Source: Candidatus Methylomirabilia bacterium (GTDB taxonomy: Bacteria > Methylomirabilota > Methylomirabilia > Rokubacteriales > CSP1-6). Taken from it: DNA of 20,837 nucleotides. Position 1 is the stretch's first letter. Each line of letters begins with the position of its first letter. Position numbers and translations under genes: made by a program. Location: NCBI GenBank assembly GCA_041492755.1, contig JBGPXN010000077.1, positions 1-20,837 of the forward strand, given 5' to 3'. The notes under the pieces are model-generated. The model was not told the origin of the DNA. It searched no databases and worked only from the letters and a program-made list of their open reading frames with translations. Of this stretch, positions 8,171 through 17,953 are shown one piece after another.

Positions 8171-8548
8171 CTAGATTTCGATCTCGATCCAGGCGCGGCG
8201 GCCGATCCGGCCCGTCAGCCGGGAGAACAGGTCCAGGAGCCACGTCTGCCAGCCGTACTTGGCCCGGACCGCCGCGCGGGCGCGGGCGATCGCGGCGGGA
8301 TCGCTGGCGATCCGTGCGGTGGCGTCTCGCCACGGGCCGCGCACGCCGCCGCGGGCATCGCAGGGCGCAAGGCGTGCACGGGGCGAGCGTCGCAAGCGCT
8401 TGACCTTGCCCGAGTCACCAGCGGTGAAGACCCAGAGCCTTCCGTCGACGGCCACGAACCACACGGGGGTCCGGACTTCGGCGCCCGTCGTGCGGAAGGT
8501 GGCGAGGCTCAGATAGCGAGCGCGATCGAGGTCGGTCGCGGACGTCAC
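8171..8548 (-). CDS. PPOX class (pyridoxamine-5'-phosphate-oxidase-like) putative F420-dependent oxidoreductase
   Basis: YLSLATFR..G..V.TPVWF, SGKVKRLR, APCDARG, AKYG motifs; GTG start at 8548. Confidence 0.9.
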   Translation of the reverse strand: MTSATDLDRARYLSLATFRTTGAEVRTPVWFVAVDGRLWVFTAGDSGKVKRLRRSPRARLAPCDARGGVRGPWRDATARIASDPAAIARARAAVRAKYGWQTWLLDLFSRLTGRIGRRAWIEIEI

Positions 8549-8781
8549 GCCGCCGAGGCCGTCGGGGCCGACGCGGAGCCGGGCGCCTGTTGGGCAGCCG
8601 GCGTCAACGCCACCCCTGTGATTCCGAGGAATGCGTACGGATGCGGACGCTGCGGGATTCGAGCCCGCGCGAGGGGGCCGAGTGGGACACGTCGTGATTG
8701 TCGCCCCGTTGAATGCCGACCGCGTCACGGATTCCGCTCTCGGCGAGCGCGGGCGCCATGGCGATGTTGGTGGCCCGGGCC

Positions 8782-8790
8782 TGCTAGAAT
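8782..8790 (+). promoter_or_regulatory. Putative extended -10 promoter
   Basis: TGCTAGAAT (TGn-TAGAAT) 10 nt before GTG 8801, no Shine-Dalgarno. Confidence 0.55.
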
Positions 8791-8800
8791 CCGCCTCGCC

Positions 8801-9676
8801 GTGGACGGCGTCATCGCGCGCGAGGATCCGGCGCTGTTCGAGGCCCTGCTGACACTGGCGCGGCAGGCGCGGCTCGTCTTCTTCGCGGGTCTCCCGGGTA
8901 CGGGCAAGAGCCTCCTGATCCACCAGCTCGCCCACGTCGCCCACGCCCGCGGACGGCAGATCCATCTGTTGCAGTGGGACGTTGCCCGGCCCGTGTTCGA
9001 AGCGAGCGACGCCGGCCGGCGCTATCCGCTCGACAACGGCGTGACCCACGGCGTGATCCGCCTGGCCGTCGGTCGCTGGGCTCGCGGCGCCGTCGCCCGC
9101 TGGCACGCCGATCACCCGACCATGAGCGACCTGCTGATCGGGGAGACGCCATTCATCGGTCACCGGCTCATCGACCTGGCGCAATCTCGGGGCGACGATG
9201 CCGAGCCCGTGCTGAGGGCGCCGTCGACGCGCTTCGTGATCCCGGTGCCGTCACGCGCGCTTCGCCAGCATCTCGAAGCCGAACGGGCGCGGCGGTCGCG
9301 CGAGCCACGTCACGCCCGCGAGCGTGACGACGCGCCACCCGACGTGCTGCGCGCGCTGTGGCGGGAGCTCTTCGGGGTGGCGGTGGTGCTTGGCGTCGTC
9401 GCGGACGCGCCCCGTCCCCCCGGCGCCCCCGCCTACGATCCGGCGACCTACCAGCGTGTTTACGAGCGCCTGCTCGTTCATCGTCACGCCGTCGCGCTGA
9501 GGCTGGAAACCCGCCTGCCCACGGCGGACCTCTCCGCTCACGAGTTCCGGATCCCGACGGTCGACGTGGTGCCGAGCGCCGTAGACGCTGGGCGCGTCAT
9601 CGGCGAGACCGAAGCCGGCTACTCGAGCGCCGGTGTCGTGGACGCCGAGATCAACGGCTGGTACCGCGTCGACTGA
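8801..9676 (+). CDS. Uncharacterised P-loop NTPase/kinase-like protein (291 aa)
   Basis: LVFFAGLPGTGKS Walker A, LLQWDVAR, LLIGE, Arg-rich lid-like segment. Start placed at GTG 8801 after the -10 box. Confidence 0.75.
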   Translation: MDGVIAREDPALFEALLTLARQARLVFFAGLPGTGKSLLIHQLAHVAHARGRQIHLLQWDVARPVFEASDAGRRYPLDNGVTHGVIRLAVGRWARGAVARWHADHPTMSDLLIGETPFIGHRLIDLAQSRGDDAEPVLRAPSTRFVIPVPSRALRQHLEAERARRSREPRHARERDDAPPDVLRALWRELFGVAVVLGVVADAPRPPGAPAYDPATYQRVYERLLVHRHAVALRLETRLPTADLSAHEFRIPTVDVVPSAVDAGRVIGETEAGYSSAGVVDAEINGWYRVD

Positions 9677-9688
9677 CGCCGGCGGGGA

Positions 9689-10120
9689 TCAGATGCCGCC
9701 GAAGCTCGGGGTGCCCAGCCAACCCGTCTCGGAGACGTCCAGCATGATCTGGTCCGGGCCGGTGTACTTCACCTCGACGTTCCCGTGCGCCTGCCGGCCG
9801 CCCACGCCGAGCGCGTCGTTGATGTCGTCGCGCCGCCGCGAGCCCGCCGCCTTCAGCTTCTCGGCGATCTCCTCCAGGCTCTCGACCTGGAAGCCGATGT
9901 GGTGGATCCCGCTATAGCCCTGGCCGCGCTCGACGCCGGCCGCCACGTCGTTCTTGAAGTTCAGGATGGCCAGGTTGATCTCACCGTCGCTGAGGAAGCA
10001 GCCACGCGTGCCCGGGTCGTCGATCTTGCCGATCTCCTTCAAGCCGAACACCTCGACGTAGAACCGCGCGGTCCCTTCCACGTCCTGGGTCGAGAGCGCG
10101 ATGTGCTTGATCTTGGGCAT
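9689..10120 (-). CDS. VOC (glyoxalase/bleomycin resistance/dioxygenase) family protein
   Basis: KIKHIAL, FYVEVFGL, LSDGEINLAIL, GIHHIGFQV; GGAGG RBS before ATG 10120. Confidence 0.9.
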   Translation of the reverse strand: MPKIKHIALSTQDVEGTARFYVEVFGLKEIGKIDDPGTRGCFLSDGEINLAILNFKNDVAAGVERGQGYSGIHHIGFQVESLEEIAEKLKAAGSRRRDDINDALGVGGRQAHGNVEVKYTGPDQIMLDVSETGWLGTPSFGGI

Positions 10121-10257
10121 GCCGTCCCTCCTGGGATCGATCGTTGGCGCGCCGTCGTCTACCTGCACGCCCTATAGTATCTTCCGCGCGGGGCGGACAC
10201 CCCGCCCGCAGGGGAAGCGGCGCGCGCGCCACGGGGTGACCGTGCGTCGCGCGCGCG

Positions 10258-10542
10258 TCAGACCACGCCCTCGGTCTTGAGCCGGCGGAGATCGCTTTCG
10301 CTCAGCGACAGCCACTCGCCGTAGACTTCGGCGTTGTGCTGGCCCAGGAGCGGCGCCGGCTCCACCTCGGTGGGTGAGGTCGCCAGCTGCACCGGGTTGC
10401 CGGGCATGGTGAACTCGCCCCAGGTCGGATGCTTGACCGTCACCACCATCCCGCGCTCGCGTAGATGCGGATCGTGCAGGATCTCGCCCGCGGTCAGGCA
10501 GGCGCCCGCGGGCACACCGGCGGCGCCCAGCTCGGCCATGAC
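10258..10542 (-). pseudogene. CaiB/BaiF (family III) CoA-transferase C-terminal fragment
   Basis: AGVPAG...[14 protein letters not shown]...HP..G...PGNPV...[10 protein letters not shown]...L..EGVV. Only about 95 aa, starting right after the upstream stop; the catalytic N-terminal portion is absent. Confidence 0.85.
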
Positions 10543-10544
10543 TG

Positions 10545-12002
10545 CTAGAAGTGCATCACTTCGGCCGCGTGATCGTAGACGTCCTGGATGCGGCCATGCG
10601 AGATGGCCGCCGCCTGCACGGCGGCGACGAGATGACGCCAGCGGAGCGACGGACGGGTGGCATGGAACTCCTCGTACGTGGCCTGGTGATGCTTGAGGGC
10701 GTGCATCTCGGTGAAGTTGTCGCGACACGCGATCTTGCCGAGCATGGTGATCAGCGGTTCGGGTGCGTAGCCCGAATCGGCGTACTGCTGGCCCAGCGCG
10801 GCCACCTGCTTGACTTCATCGCCCGAGCGCCACGACGCGAGGTTGGCCTTGGGCAGGCGCTCGCCGAGCGGGAGGCGTCCGATGAAGCTCTCGATCTCCG
10901 CGATCAGCGCATCCTGCGAGCGCGTCGGAAGAGACGCGACCCGCTCCGGCTCGGGCTGAACGTCCGGCGCGAGCATGCGCTGGGCCATGCGGACCTCCGG
11001 TCCAGTGTGCCACGTCAGCAGCGCCCGGAGCTTGGTCTGCCGCGACAGCTCCGGCTGCCGCAGCAGGTATCGCCGCGTGTTGGCGCCGGTGTTGATGTGC
11101 ACGTCCATCGGGTTGCCGGTCTGCGAGCGCAGGAAGAGCGTCGAGCCGCCGACCGAGAGCCCCTCGCCGACACCCTCGAGTGAGAGGCCATCGGCCAGCG
11201 CGTGGGCGAGCATCTCCGGGACCTCGGCGAAGTCCTTGCAGCGTCCGATCTCGTCAGCGAGCGCGGTGATGGCGCTCGTCTCGTCCTCGCCGGTCTCGAA
11301 GCGGAGCTCACGCGTGAGCAGGTGATACTTGTCGAGGAGCACCTCGACGGCTTCCATCGACACCGGAGTGGTCGGGCGCGTGACGTAACGGACGGGCGCG
11401 CGACCGATGTACTTCGCGTACTCCCAGCCGAGATACTCCAGCGCGCGCCACGTGAACACCGGGAACAGGAAGTAGTGGTCGTCGAGCTGGTTCTTGGGAA
11501 TGCCGACCTCGAGCAGCAGCTCCAGCACCTTCATGGGCGACAGCTTCTCGAGGAAGTAGAGGAAGTAGTGATCGCAGGCGTTGTACACGCCGCGACCCAC
11601 CGCGAACCGGAACGATTCGAGCGTCGCCTCGAGGTCGTCCTTCTCCGAGACGGGCTTGGCGTCGGCCAGGATGTACGGACCCATGGCCGGCGAGTGGATG
11701 TGCTTGTTGGCGACGGCGACGTTCTGGATTACGGGCATCATGGCGTACTCGCCGGGCAGCCGGGTCGCGATGTTGCGAACGGCGTGCAGCCCCGCCAGCG
11801 GGTGAAGCGGCCCGCCGTGATGGCCGGGTGGCAGGTCCGAGGAGCGGACGACCGCCAGCGCCGAGGCCAGTAGCATGTCCTTCACGGAGGTGCCGGTCGC
11901 GAGCTTGTCGTGGACGCCGGCCACGAGGCGCTCGGGCAGCGTCTCCTCCACGAACTGCACCAGGGGCTCGATGTGGTCGGGATATCGCACGCGTTGGGCC
12001 AT
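10545..12002 (-). CDS. Hypothetical helical protein with repeated His motifs (485 aa), possible metalloenzyme
   Basis: GGAGGAGG RBS before ATG 12002; long ORF with GC3-rich codons; motifs [28 protein letters not shown]. Confidence 0.85.
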   Translation of the reverse strand: MAQRVRYPDHIEPLVQFVEETLPERLVAGVHDKLATGTSVKDMLLASALAVVRSSDLPPGHHGGPLHPLAGLHAVRNIATRLPGEYAMMPVIQNVAVANKHIHSPAMGPYILADAKPVSEKDDLEATLESFRFAVGRGVYNACDHYFLYFLEKLSPMKVLELLLEVGIPKNQLDDHYFLFPVFTWRALEYLGWEYAKYIGRAPVRYVTRPTTPVSMEAVEVLLDKYHLLTRELRFETGEDETSAITALADEIGRCKDFAEVPEMLAHALADGLSLEGVGEGLSVGGSTLFLRSQTGNPMDVHINTGANTRRYLLRQPELSRQTKLRALLTWHTGPEVRMAQRMLAPDVQPEPERVASLPTRSQDALIAEIESFIGRLPLGERLPKANLASWRSGDEVKQVAALGQQYADSGYAPEPLITMLGKIACRDNFTEMHALKHHQATYEEFHATRPSLRWRHLVAAVQAAAISHGRIQDVYDHAAEVMHF

Positions 12003-12143
12003 CTCTGATCCTCCTCCTCCGAGGCACCACCCAGCGAGCACAGTGGTATCCCGTAAGCCGGCGTCACGTCAAGCGGAACGTCCCGGGGGGCTCCGACGCC
12101 AGGCGCGGACGCCGACCCCCGGGATGCTGAGCGCCCGGGATCG

Positions 12144-12461
12144 CTACATCTTGCCCCAGTAGGCGCGCTCGGCGGGAAAGACCGTCGAGCAGCGCGTCGG
12201 CTCCGCGGGGCCGTCCAGCGTGTCGGCGGCCGCGCGCCAGACCGCGTAGTGCGGGGCGTTGCGGTGCGCCTCCAGCGCGGCCTGGTCCTTGTAGACCTCG
12301 AAGAAGTAGTAGACGTTGGCGTCCTTCTCGTCCTGGAGGACGTTGAACCGCAAGCATCCCGGCTCGTCGCGCTCCGAGCCGAGCGCGTCCACTTCGATCG
12401 CCTTCAGGAAGCGCGGCCGGTCTTCGGGCTTGACCCGCACCTTCACCCACATCGCCAGCAT
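12144..12461 (-). CDS. Antibiotic biosynthesis monooxygenase (ABM) family / LsrG-like protein
   Basis: EPGCLRFNVLQD, FFEVYKDQAALEAHRNAPHY motifs; GAGGAG RBS. Confidence 0.92.
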   Translation of the reverse strand: MLAMWVKVRVKPEDRPRFLKAIEVDALGSERDEPGCLRFNVLQDEKDANVYYFFEVYKDQAALEAHRNAPHYAVWRAAADTLDGPAEPTRCSTVFPAERAYWGKM

Positions 12462-12782
12462 GATGGTCTCCTCGTGTCGTTCGATTGACGGCGTCGCGTA
12501 CTCTACACGGCACGGGCGAGGGGGTCGAGGATGGAGCCGACGTTCAGGCCGCGGGCGACGCCGGTCGCCTCCTGACGTACGCGCGGGAGCACGCGGTGTT
12601 GAATCGAAGCTCTGCGAGGCTGGTCACCGGGCTCTCCGGTCGCGAGGTGGAAACACTCCCGCGTAAATCGCGCAGCGGCGCGACATGCCGCCCCGGGCGT
12701 CGACGATGCGCTCGCAGCGCTAGAGACCTCGCCATTGGCGACGCCCGGTATGTCTGTCCTCGCAGCTACTGATCGCGTCAGA

Positions 12783-13307
12783 TCAGCGTGCCGGCGGAAC
12801 GTACTCGTAGTCCGACCGGCAGGCCTGCATGATCGCCCGCAGGTCCTGGCGCAACTCTTCGTTCGTCGGCCGGCCCACGAACCACCAACCGTTGTAGATC
12901 CGGTGGATCGTCAGATCCGGGCGGAGCGAGAACGTGTAGGGCAGCGCGACCAGGCCGTGCTCGAAGCCCGGGGCGGTCTGCTCGACGATGTCCAGCTCGG
13001 AGATGGCCCGGCGCTCGTGATCACTCAGGAACGTGAACGTGGCGCCGAGGCCCGTGCGGAACGCGGCGGTGACCTCCGGGGGATCGGTGCTGACAACCGC
13101 GAGGTGGCAGTAGTTGACGGCCAGCTCGTCCTGCAGCGTCGTGAGGTGCCTGACCTGGCACGAGCACTTTGGTCACCAGTAGCCGCGGTAGAAGCTCAGG
13201 ATGAGCGGAAAGCCGTTGGCGAGCTTGGAGAGCCGGATCGCCTGGCGCCGGTGGTCCGGGAGCTCCAGATCGGGAAAGCGACCGCCGACGACCAGATCCG
13301 TTCGCAT
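12783..13307 (-). CDS. AhpC/TSA (peroxiredoxin-like redoxin) selenoprotein, 174 aa, Sec at codon 45
   Basis: G..FPDLELPDH...LILSFYRGYW-[TGA 13175-13173]-PKCSC...LAVVSTD...FTFLSD...PYTF...IYNGWWFVGRPTNEELRQDLR continues in the same frame. The TGA sits at the catalytic Cys position and a SECIS-like hairpin follows. Confidence 0.88.
13141..13172 (-). promoter_or_regulatory. Bacterial SECIS element
   Basis: mRNA reads UGA-CCAAAGUGCUC(11 nt)-GUGCC-AGGUCA-GGCAC. Same spacing and CAGGUC core as E. coli fdhF (UGA-11 nt-GGUUGCAGGUCUGCACC). Confidence 0.8.
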
Positions 13308-13372
13308 GTGACGTCCCCCCAAAGCGAGCGACCCGTTCAACAGCCGCTCGCGCCCTCGATTTCTCGGCCCGG

Positions 13373-14506
13373 TCAGGCGAAGGTGGCGAAGCGCGCCAGG
13401 TGATGGTCGGCGTCGCCAAAGGCTTGCGCGATCGCCGTCAGCCGCCGGAACGTGTGGCTGATCTTCAGCTCCTCGGTCATCCCCATGCCCCCGTGCAGTT
13501 GCACCGCCTCCTGGCTCACGTGCCGGCACGCGTCCGCGATCTTGATCTTGGCCGCCGACACCACGCGCGCGCGCTCGGTCGCGCCGGCCGTGTCCACCTT
13601 GACGCACGCGAGGCAGGCGATGGAGCGGGCCTGCTCGTAGCTGATCAGGATGTCCACCATGCGGTGCTGGAGCGCCTGGAAGCTGCCGATCGGCACGCCG
13701 AACTGCCGGCGCGTCTTCAGATAGTCGAGGGTGGCGTCGTGCGCGTACTTGATGGCTCCGATGGCCTCGGCGCAGACGAGCGCGGTCGCGTAGTCGACGA
13801 CCTCGTCGGCCAGCGCCCAGCCTTCGTCCTCGGCACCGATCAGCGCCTCGCGCGCGACCAGCACGCCGGAGAAGCGGACGTCGGCGACGCGGAGGTTGTC
13901 GAGCGTCCGGTACTCGGTGACGGCCACGCCCGGCGCCGCCCGCTCGACCAGGAAGAGGCTGATGCCGTGAGCGTCGCGCTCGCCTCCCGACGTGCGCGCG
14001 GAGACGACGAGCAGATCGGCGGAGCCGCCATGGAGCACCATGCACTTCTCGCCGTCGAGCTGCCAGCCGTCGCCCGAGCGGCGCGTGCGTAGTGCGACCT
14101 GCCGCAAATCGTAGCGGGCCCCACGCTCGGTCTGGGCGAAGGCGAGCTTCGTCTTGCCCTGTACCAGGTCAGGCAGGATGCGCGCCTGCTGGGCCGCGGT
14201 GCCGCCACGGGCCACGAAACGCCCGCCGAGGCCGACGGTGGCGAGATAGGGCTCGACGACGAGCGCCTCGCCCAGCGCCTCCATGACCACCATCATGTCG
14301 ACGGTGGTGCCGCCGAAGCCGCCATGCTCGCTGGCGAACGGCACGCCGAGGATGCCGAGCTCCGCGAGCGCGGCCCACACGTCCTCGCTGTAGCCGGACG
14401 GGCTGCTCATGATCTTGGCGCGCGCGTCGAAGCCGTAGCCGGTGTTGAGGAACTTCCGGAAAGTTTCGGAGAGGAGGCGCTGCTCTTCGGAGTATTCGAA
14501 GTCCAT
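13373..14506 (-). CDS. Acyl-CoA dehydrogenase, PimD-like (small/non-catalytic subunit type)
   Basis: RRQFGVPIGSFQALQHRMVD, QLHGGMGMTEE, FGDADHHLARF; lacks the YxGxNE catalytic motif. Confidence 0.92.
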   Translation of the reverse strand: MDFEYSEEQRLLSETFRKFLNTGYGFDARAKIMSSPSGYSEDVWAALAELGILGVPFASEHGGFGGTTVDMMVVMEALGEALVVEPYLATVGLGGRFVARGGTAAQQARILPDLVQGKTKLAFAQTERGARYDLRQVALRTRRSGDGWQLDGEKCMVLHGGSADLLVVSARTSGGERDAHGISLFLVERAAPGVAVTEYRTLDNLRVADVRFSGVLVAREALIGAEDEGWALADEVVDYATALVCAEAIGAIKYAHDATLDYLKTRRQFGVPIGSFQALQHRMVDILISYEQARSIACLACVKVDTAGATERARVVSAAKIKIADACRHVSQEAVQLHGGMGMTEELKISHTFRRLTAIAQAFGDADHHLARFATFA

Positions 14507-14515
14507 GGCGTCTCC

Positions 14516-15676
<1,161 letters not shown>

Positions 15677-15781
15677 CGGCCGCTCCTCTCTGGTGCGGCC
15701 TATGATGCCACCGTCGGGCCCGTTGGTTCTTGCTCATCCACGCGCCCGCTCGCCGGAGACGCGCCCGCTCGGAGCCCCGGG

Positions 15782-16168
15782 TCACACGGCCGCTACACCC
15801 TCGACCTCGATCAGAAAATCGGGGTGGAACAGGCTCGTGACCACGATCAAGGTGCTGGCCGGGAGCTCCCCCTGGAACACCTCGCTCCGGGCCTCCGCCA
15901 CCGCGGGAAAATTCTCGATCTTCGTGATGTAGGTCGTGATCTTCATGAGGTCCTTCAGATCGCCACCGGCCGCCTGGAGGACCCCTCGCAGGTTCTGAAA
16001 CGTCTGTCGCGCCTGGGCGCGCACGTCACCCTTGCCCACGATGTTGCCGTTCGTATCCCAGGCCACCTGGCCCGAGATGTAGAGCAGCCGCCCGCCCTCC
16101 ATGCGGGTCGCCATCTTGTAGTTGGCCACGGGCTTTGCCTCGGGCGTCGCGATCGTACTGAATGGCAT
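15782..16168 (-). CDS. Rid (YjgF/YER057c/UK114) family protein
   Basis: LLYISGQVA, QARQTFQNL, PASTLIVV..L.HPDFLIEVEGVA; GGAG RBS before ATG 16168. Confidence 0.92.
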   Translation of the reverse strand: MPFSTIATPEAKPVANYKMATRMEGGRLLYISGQVAWDTNGNIVGKGDVRAQARQTFQNLRGVLQAAGGDLKDLMKITTYITKIENFPAVAEARSEVFQGELPASTLIVVTSLFHPDFLIEVEGVAAV

Positions 16169-16191
16169 GGTCGGTTCTCCCCCGGGGCCTT

Positions 16192-16986
16192 TTACGCCAC
16201 CGCCGCGATCACTTCGATTTCCACCAGGAATTCCGCTCGCGCCAGGCCGGGAATCTCGACCAGGGTCGAGGCCGGGTAGTCGAGGTTGTAGAAAGGGCGC
16301 CGAACCGGCGGGCCGTGCTGACGCCAGGAGTCGATACTCAGCACCCACGTGGTCTCTTTCACCACGCTGGCCGGCGTCGCCCCGGCCGCGCGCAGCACGT
16401 GGCCGATGTTCTCGTAGATCTTCTCCGCCTGGCGTCGCCAGTCTCCGGCTCCGGCCACGGAGCCATCGGGGTTGTTGGCGACCTGACCGGCCAGGTAAAG
16501 CAGCCGGCCACCATTGACGACCACACCCTGGTGGAAATCGCCGCCATGGTTTTCCACGTTGTACTTTTCCAGCAGCGGCTTTCCCTGAGGCGAGCCGGCG
16601 AGATCGACCACGAGCTCGACCTCGACGAGCATGGCGGGGTCGGCCAGTCGACGCACGACCAATCCTGTCGAGGCCGCACGGGTGCTGCCGAAGAACTTGG
16701 CGCGCTCCGCGCGGCCGCTGGCGTTGTAGGCCTCGAGGTCCGTCACGTAGACGAGCTGTTTGACGACGTCGTCGAATCTCGCCCCGGCGTGGGCCAGGAC
16801 GGCTTGCAGGCGCTCGAAGGCGCGATGGGTCTGCGGGGCCATGCCGCCGGCGACGAGGCGGCCATCGGGAGTCCTGCCGGTGAGCCCGGCGGTGAACAGG
16901 ACTCTCGAGGGATTGATGCTGACCCCCGGCATGAAGCCGCGACCCCGTTCGACAGGACGTTCGGCGAGAACCTCTCGGCGATCCAT
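16192..16986 (-). CDS. Tandem two-domain Rid family protein
   Basis: Two Rid units: VLFTAG...AASTGLVVRRLADPAMLVEVE and LLYLAGQVA...PASTLVEIPGLARAEFLVEIEVIA; GAGGAG RBS. Confidence 0.9.
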   Translation of the reverse strand: MDRREVLAERPVERGRGFMPGVSINPSRVLFTAGLTGRTPDGRLVAGGMAPQTHRAFERLQAVLAHAGARFDDVVKQLVYVTDLEAYNASGRAERAKFFGSTRAASTGLVVRRLADPAMLVEVELVVDLAGSPQGKPLLEKYNVENHGGDFHQGVVVNGGRLLYLAGQVANNPDGSVAGAGDWRRQAEKIYENIGHVLRAAGATPASVVKETTWVLSIDSWRQHGPPVRRPFYNLDYPASTLVEIPGLARAEFLVEIEVIAAVA

Positions 16987-17214
16987 CGTGCTCTCCTCCT
17001 CGAGAATGACTCACTGGGCGGATACCAGTCGGCCAGGGGCGCCATACTCTCCGGCGAGAGCGACGCAGTCAAGGAGCGGGCGATGTGACGCCGACGTCGA
17101 AGCCGCGGCCACCGTCCTGCGATGGGCGGTGAGGCGCCACGGCGCTTGATCTTCCCTTGGCCAAGCTATAGGTTTCGCTTGACCGATCCTTCGCCCCAGC
17201 CGGGGGAGGCCCGG

Positions 17215-17448
17215 ATGAAGTGTCCCCGATGCCAGCAGGAGAACCCGCCTCAGGCAAGATTTTGCCTGGCGTGTGGAGCGCGCCTCGCTCTTGCGTGCGG
17301 CGCGTGCGGCACCGAGCTTCCCGGGGGAGCCAGGTTCTGTCTTCAGTGCGGGCACCCGGTTGATGGCCACACGTCAGCGCCCCAGGCGAAGCTCGCGTCT
17401 CCCGAGTCGTACACGCCAAAGCACCTCGTCGAGAAGATCCTCAGATAG
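17215..17448 (+). pseudogene. Double-zinc-ribbon N-terminus of a (cyclase)-AAA/STAND-TPR gene, truncated
   Basis: GGAGG RBS; MKCPRCQQEN...RFCLACG...CGACG...RFCLQCG...SPESYTPKHLVEKIL, then an abrupt switch into the opposite-strand PIN fragment. Confidence 0.85.
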
Positions 17449-17492
17449 GCGGTCGAAAAGAGCACATTGGCGTCGAGGAAGACCCGGTCCAC
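17442..17492 (-). pseudogene. PIN-domain (VapC-like) toxin, N-terminal fragment
   Basis: GTG start reading MDRVFLDANVLFSTAYL (the PIN first-strand motif FLDANVL), 15 nt after the antitoxin stop; the rest is missing. Confidence 0.8.
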
Positions 17493-17507
17493 CCCGCGCG
17501 ACTGACG

Positions 17508-17840
17508 TCAGCGCTGGGGCGGTCGGTGGTGAGCGACGGTCCGTGGATCGATACCAAGCTTCCGGACGGCCCGCACGGCCGCGCGGTAGTCCTTGGCATC
17601 AACAGCGTTCGAAAGGAGGAACTCGGCAACGCGGGCGGGCGTGTAGGTTTCGACTGGCACCGCGAGGGCGGGCCGGATCAGGATCCCGTCGTCGCGCTCC
17701 TCGGCGATCACCAGCGAGCCCTCCTCGATCCCGAACTTGCGTCGCATCCGAGCCGGGACGACGATGGCTCCGCGCTTTCCGACTCGGCTCGTCTCGGTTC
17801 GCGCGCCAGCCGCCTTTCTGACTGTCGGATTGTCGGGCAT
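17508..17840 (-). CDS. AbrB/MazE/SpoVT family antitoxin
   Basis: SRVGKRGAIVVPARMRRKFGIEEGSLV...DGILIRP motif; lies upstream of the PIN fragment. Confidence 0.9.
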   Translation of the reverse strand: MPDNPTVRKAAGARTETSRVGKRGAIVVPARMRRKFGIEEGSLVIAEERDDGILIRPALAVPVETYTPARVAEFLLSNAVDAKDYRAAVRAVRKLGIDPRTVAHHRPPQR

Positions 17841-17847
17841 CGAGCGC

Positions 17848-17876
17848 ACTGTACAGGGGCGGTGCCGAGGGGGCAA
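17848..17876 (-). promoter_or_regulatory. Putative sigma70 promoter, leaderless antitoxin mRNA
   Basis: TTGCCC-17 nt-TACAGT, then 7 nt to ATG 17840. Confidence 0.65.
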
Positions 17877-17902
17877 GCAGCGATGGTTCAGATATCACGA
17901 CC

Positions 17903-17944
17903 ATGAAGTGCCTTCGGTGTCAGCGCGAGAACCCGGCCGGCGCC
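17903..17944 (+). pseudogene. Second zinc-ribbon STAND gene start (14 codons)
   Basis: MKCLRCQRENPAGA is paralogous to MKCPRCQQENPPQA at 17215 and breaks off 9 nt before the mazF stop. Confidence 0.75.
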
Positions 17945-17953
17945 ACCGACCAG

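Noticed and set aside
8549..8780. Intergenic region considered as a riboswitch/ncRNA or small ORF
   Set aside because: No recognisable Rfam-type consensus and no convincing RBS or codon bias.
12503..12735. Possible degenerate GFA-family remnant on the minus strand (RFTRECFHLATGEP...GLNVGSILDP)
   Set aside because: Only a faint resemblance and the Cys motifs are not recoverable. It would need a BLASTx or HMM hit.
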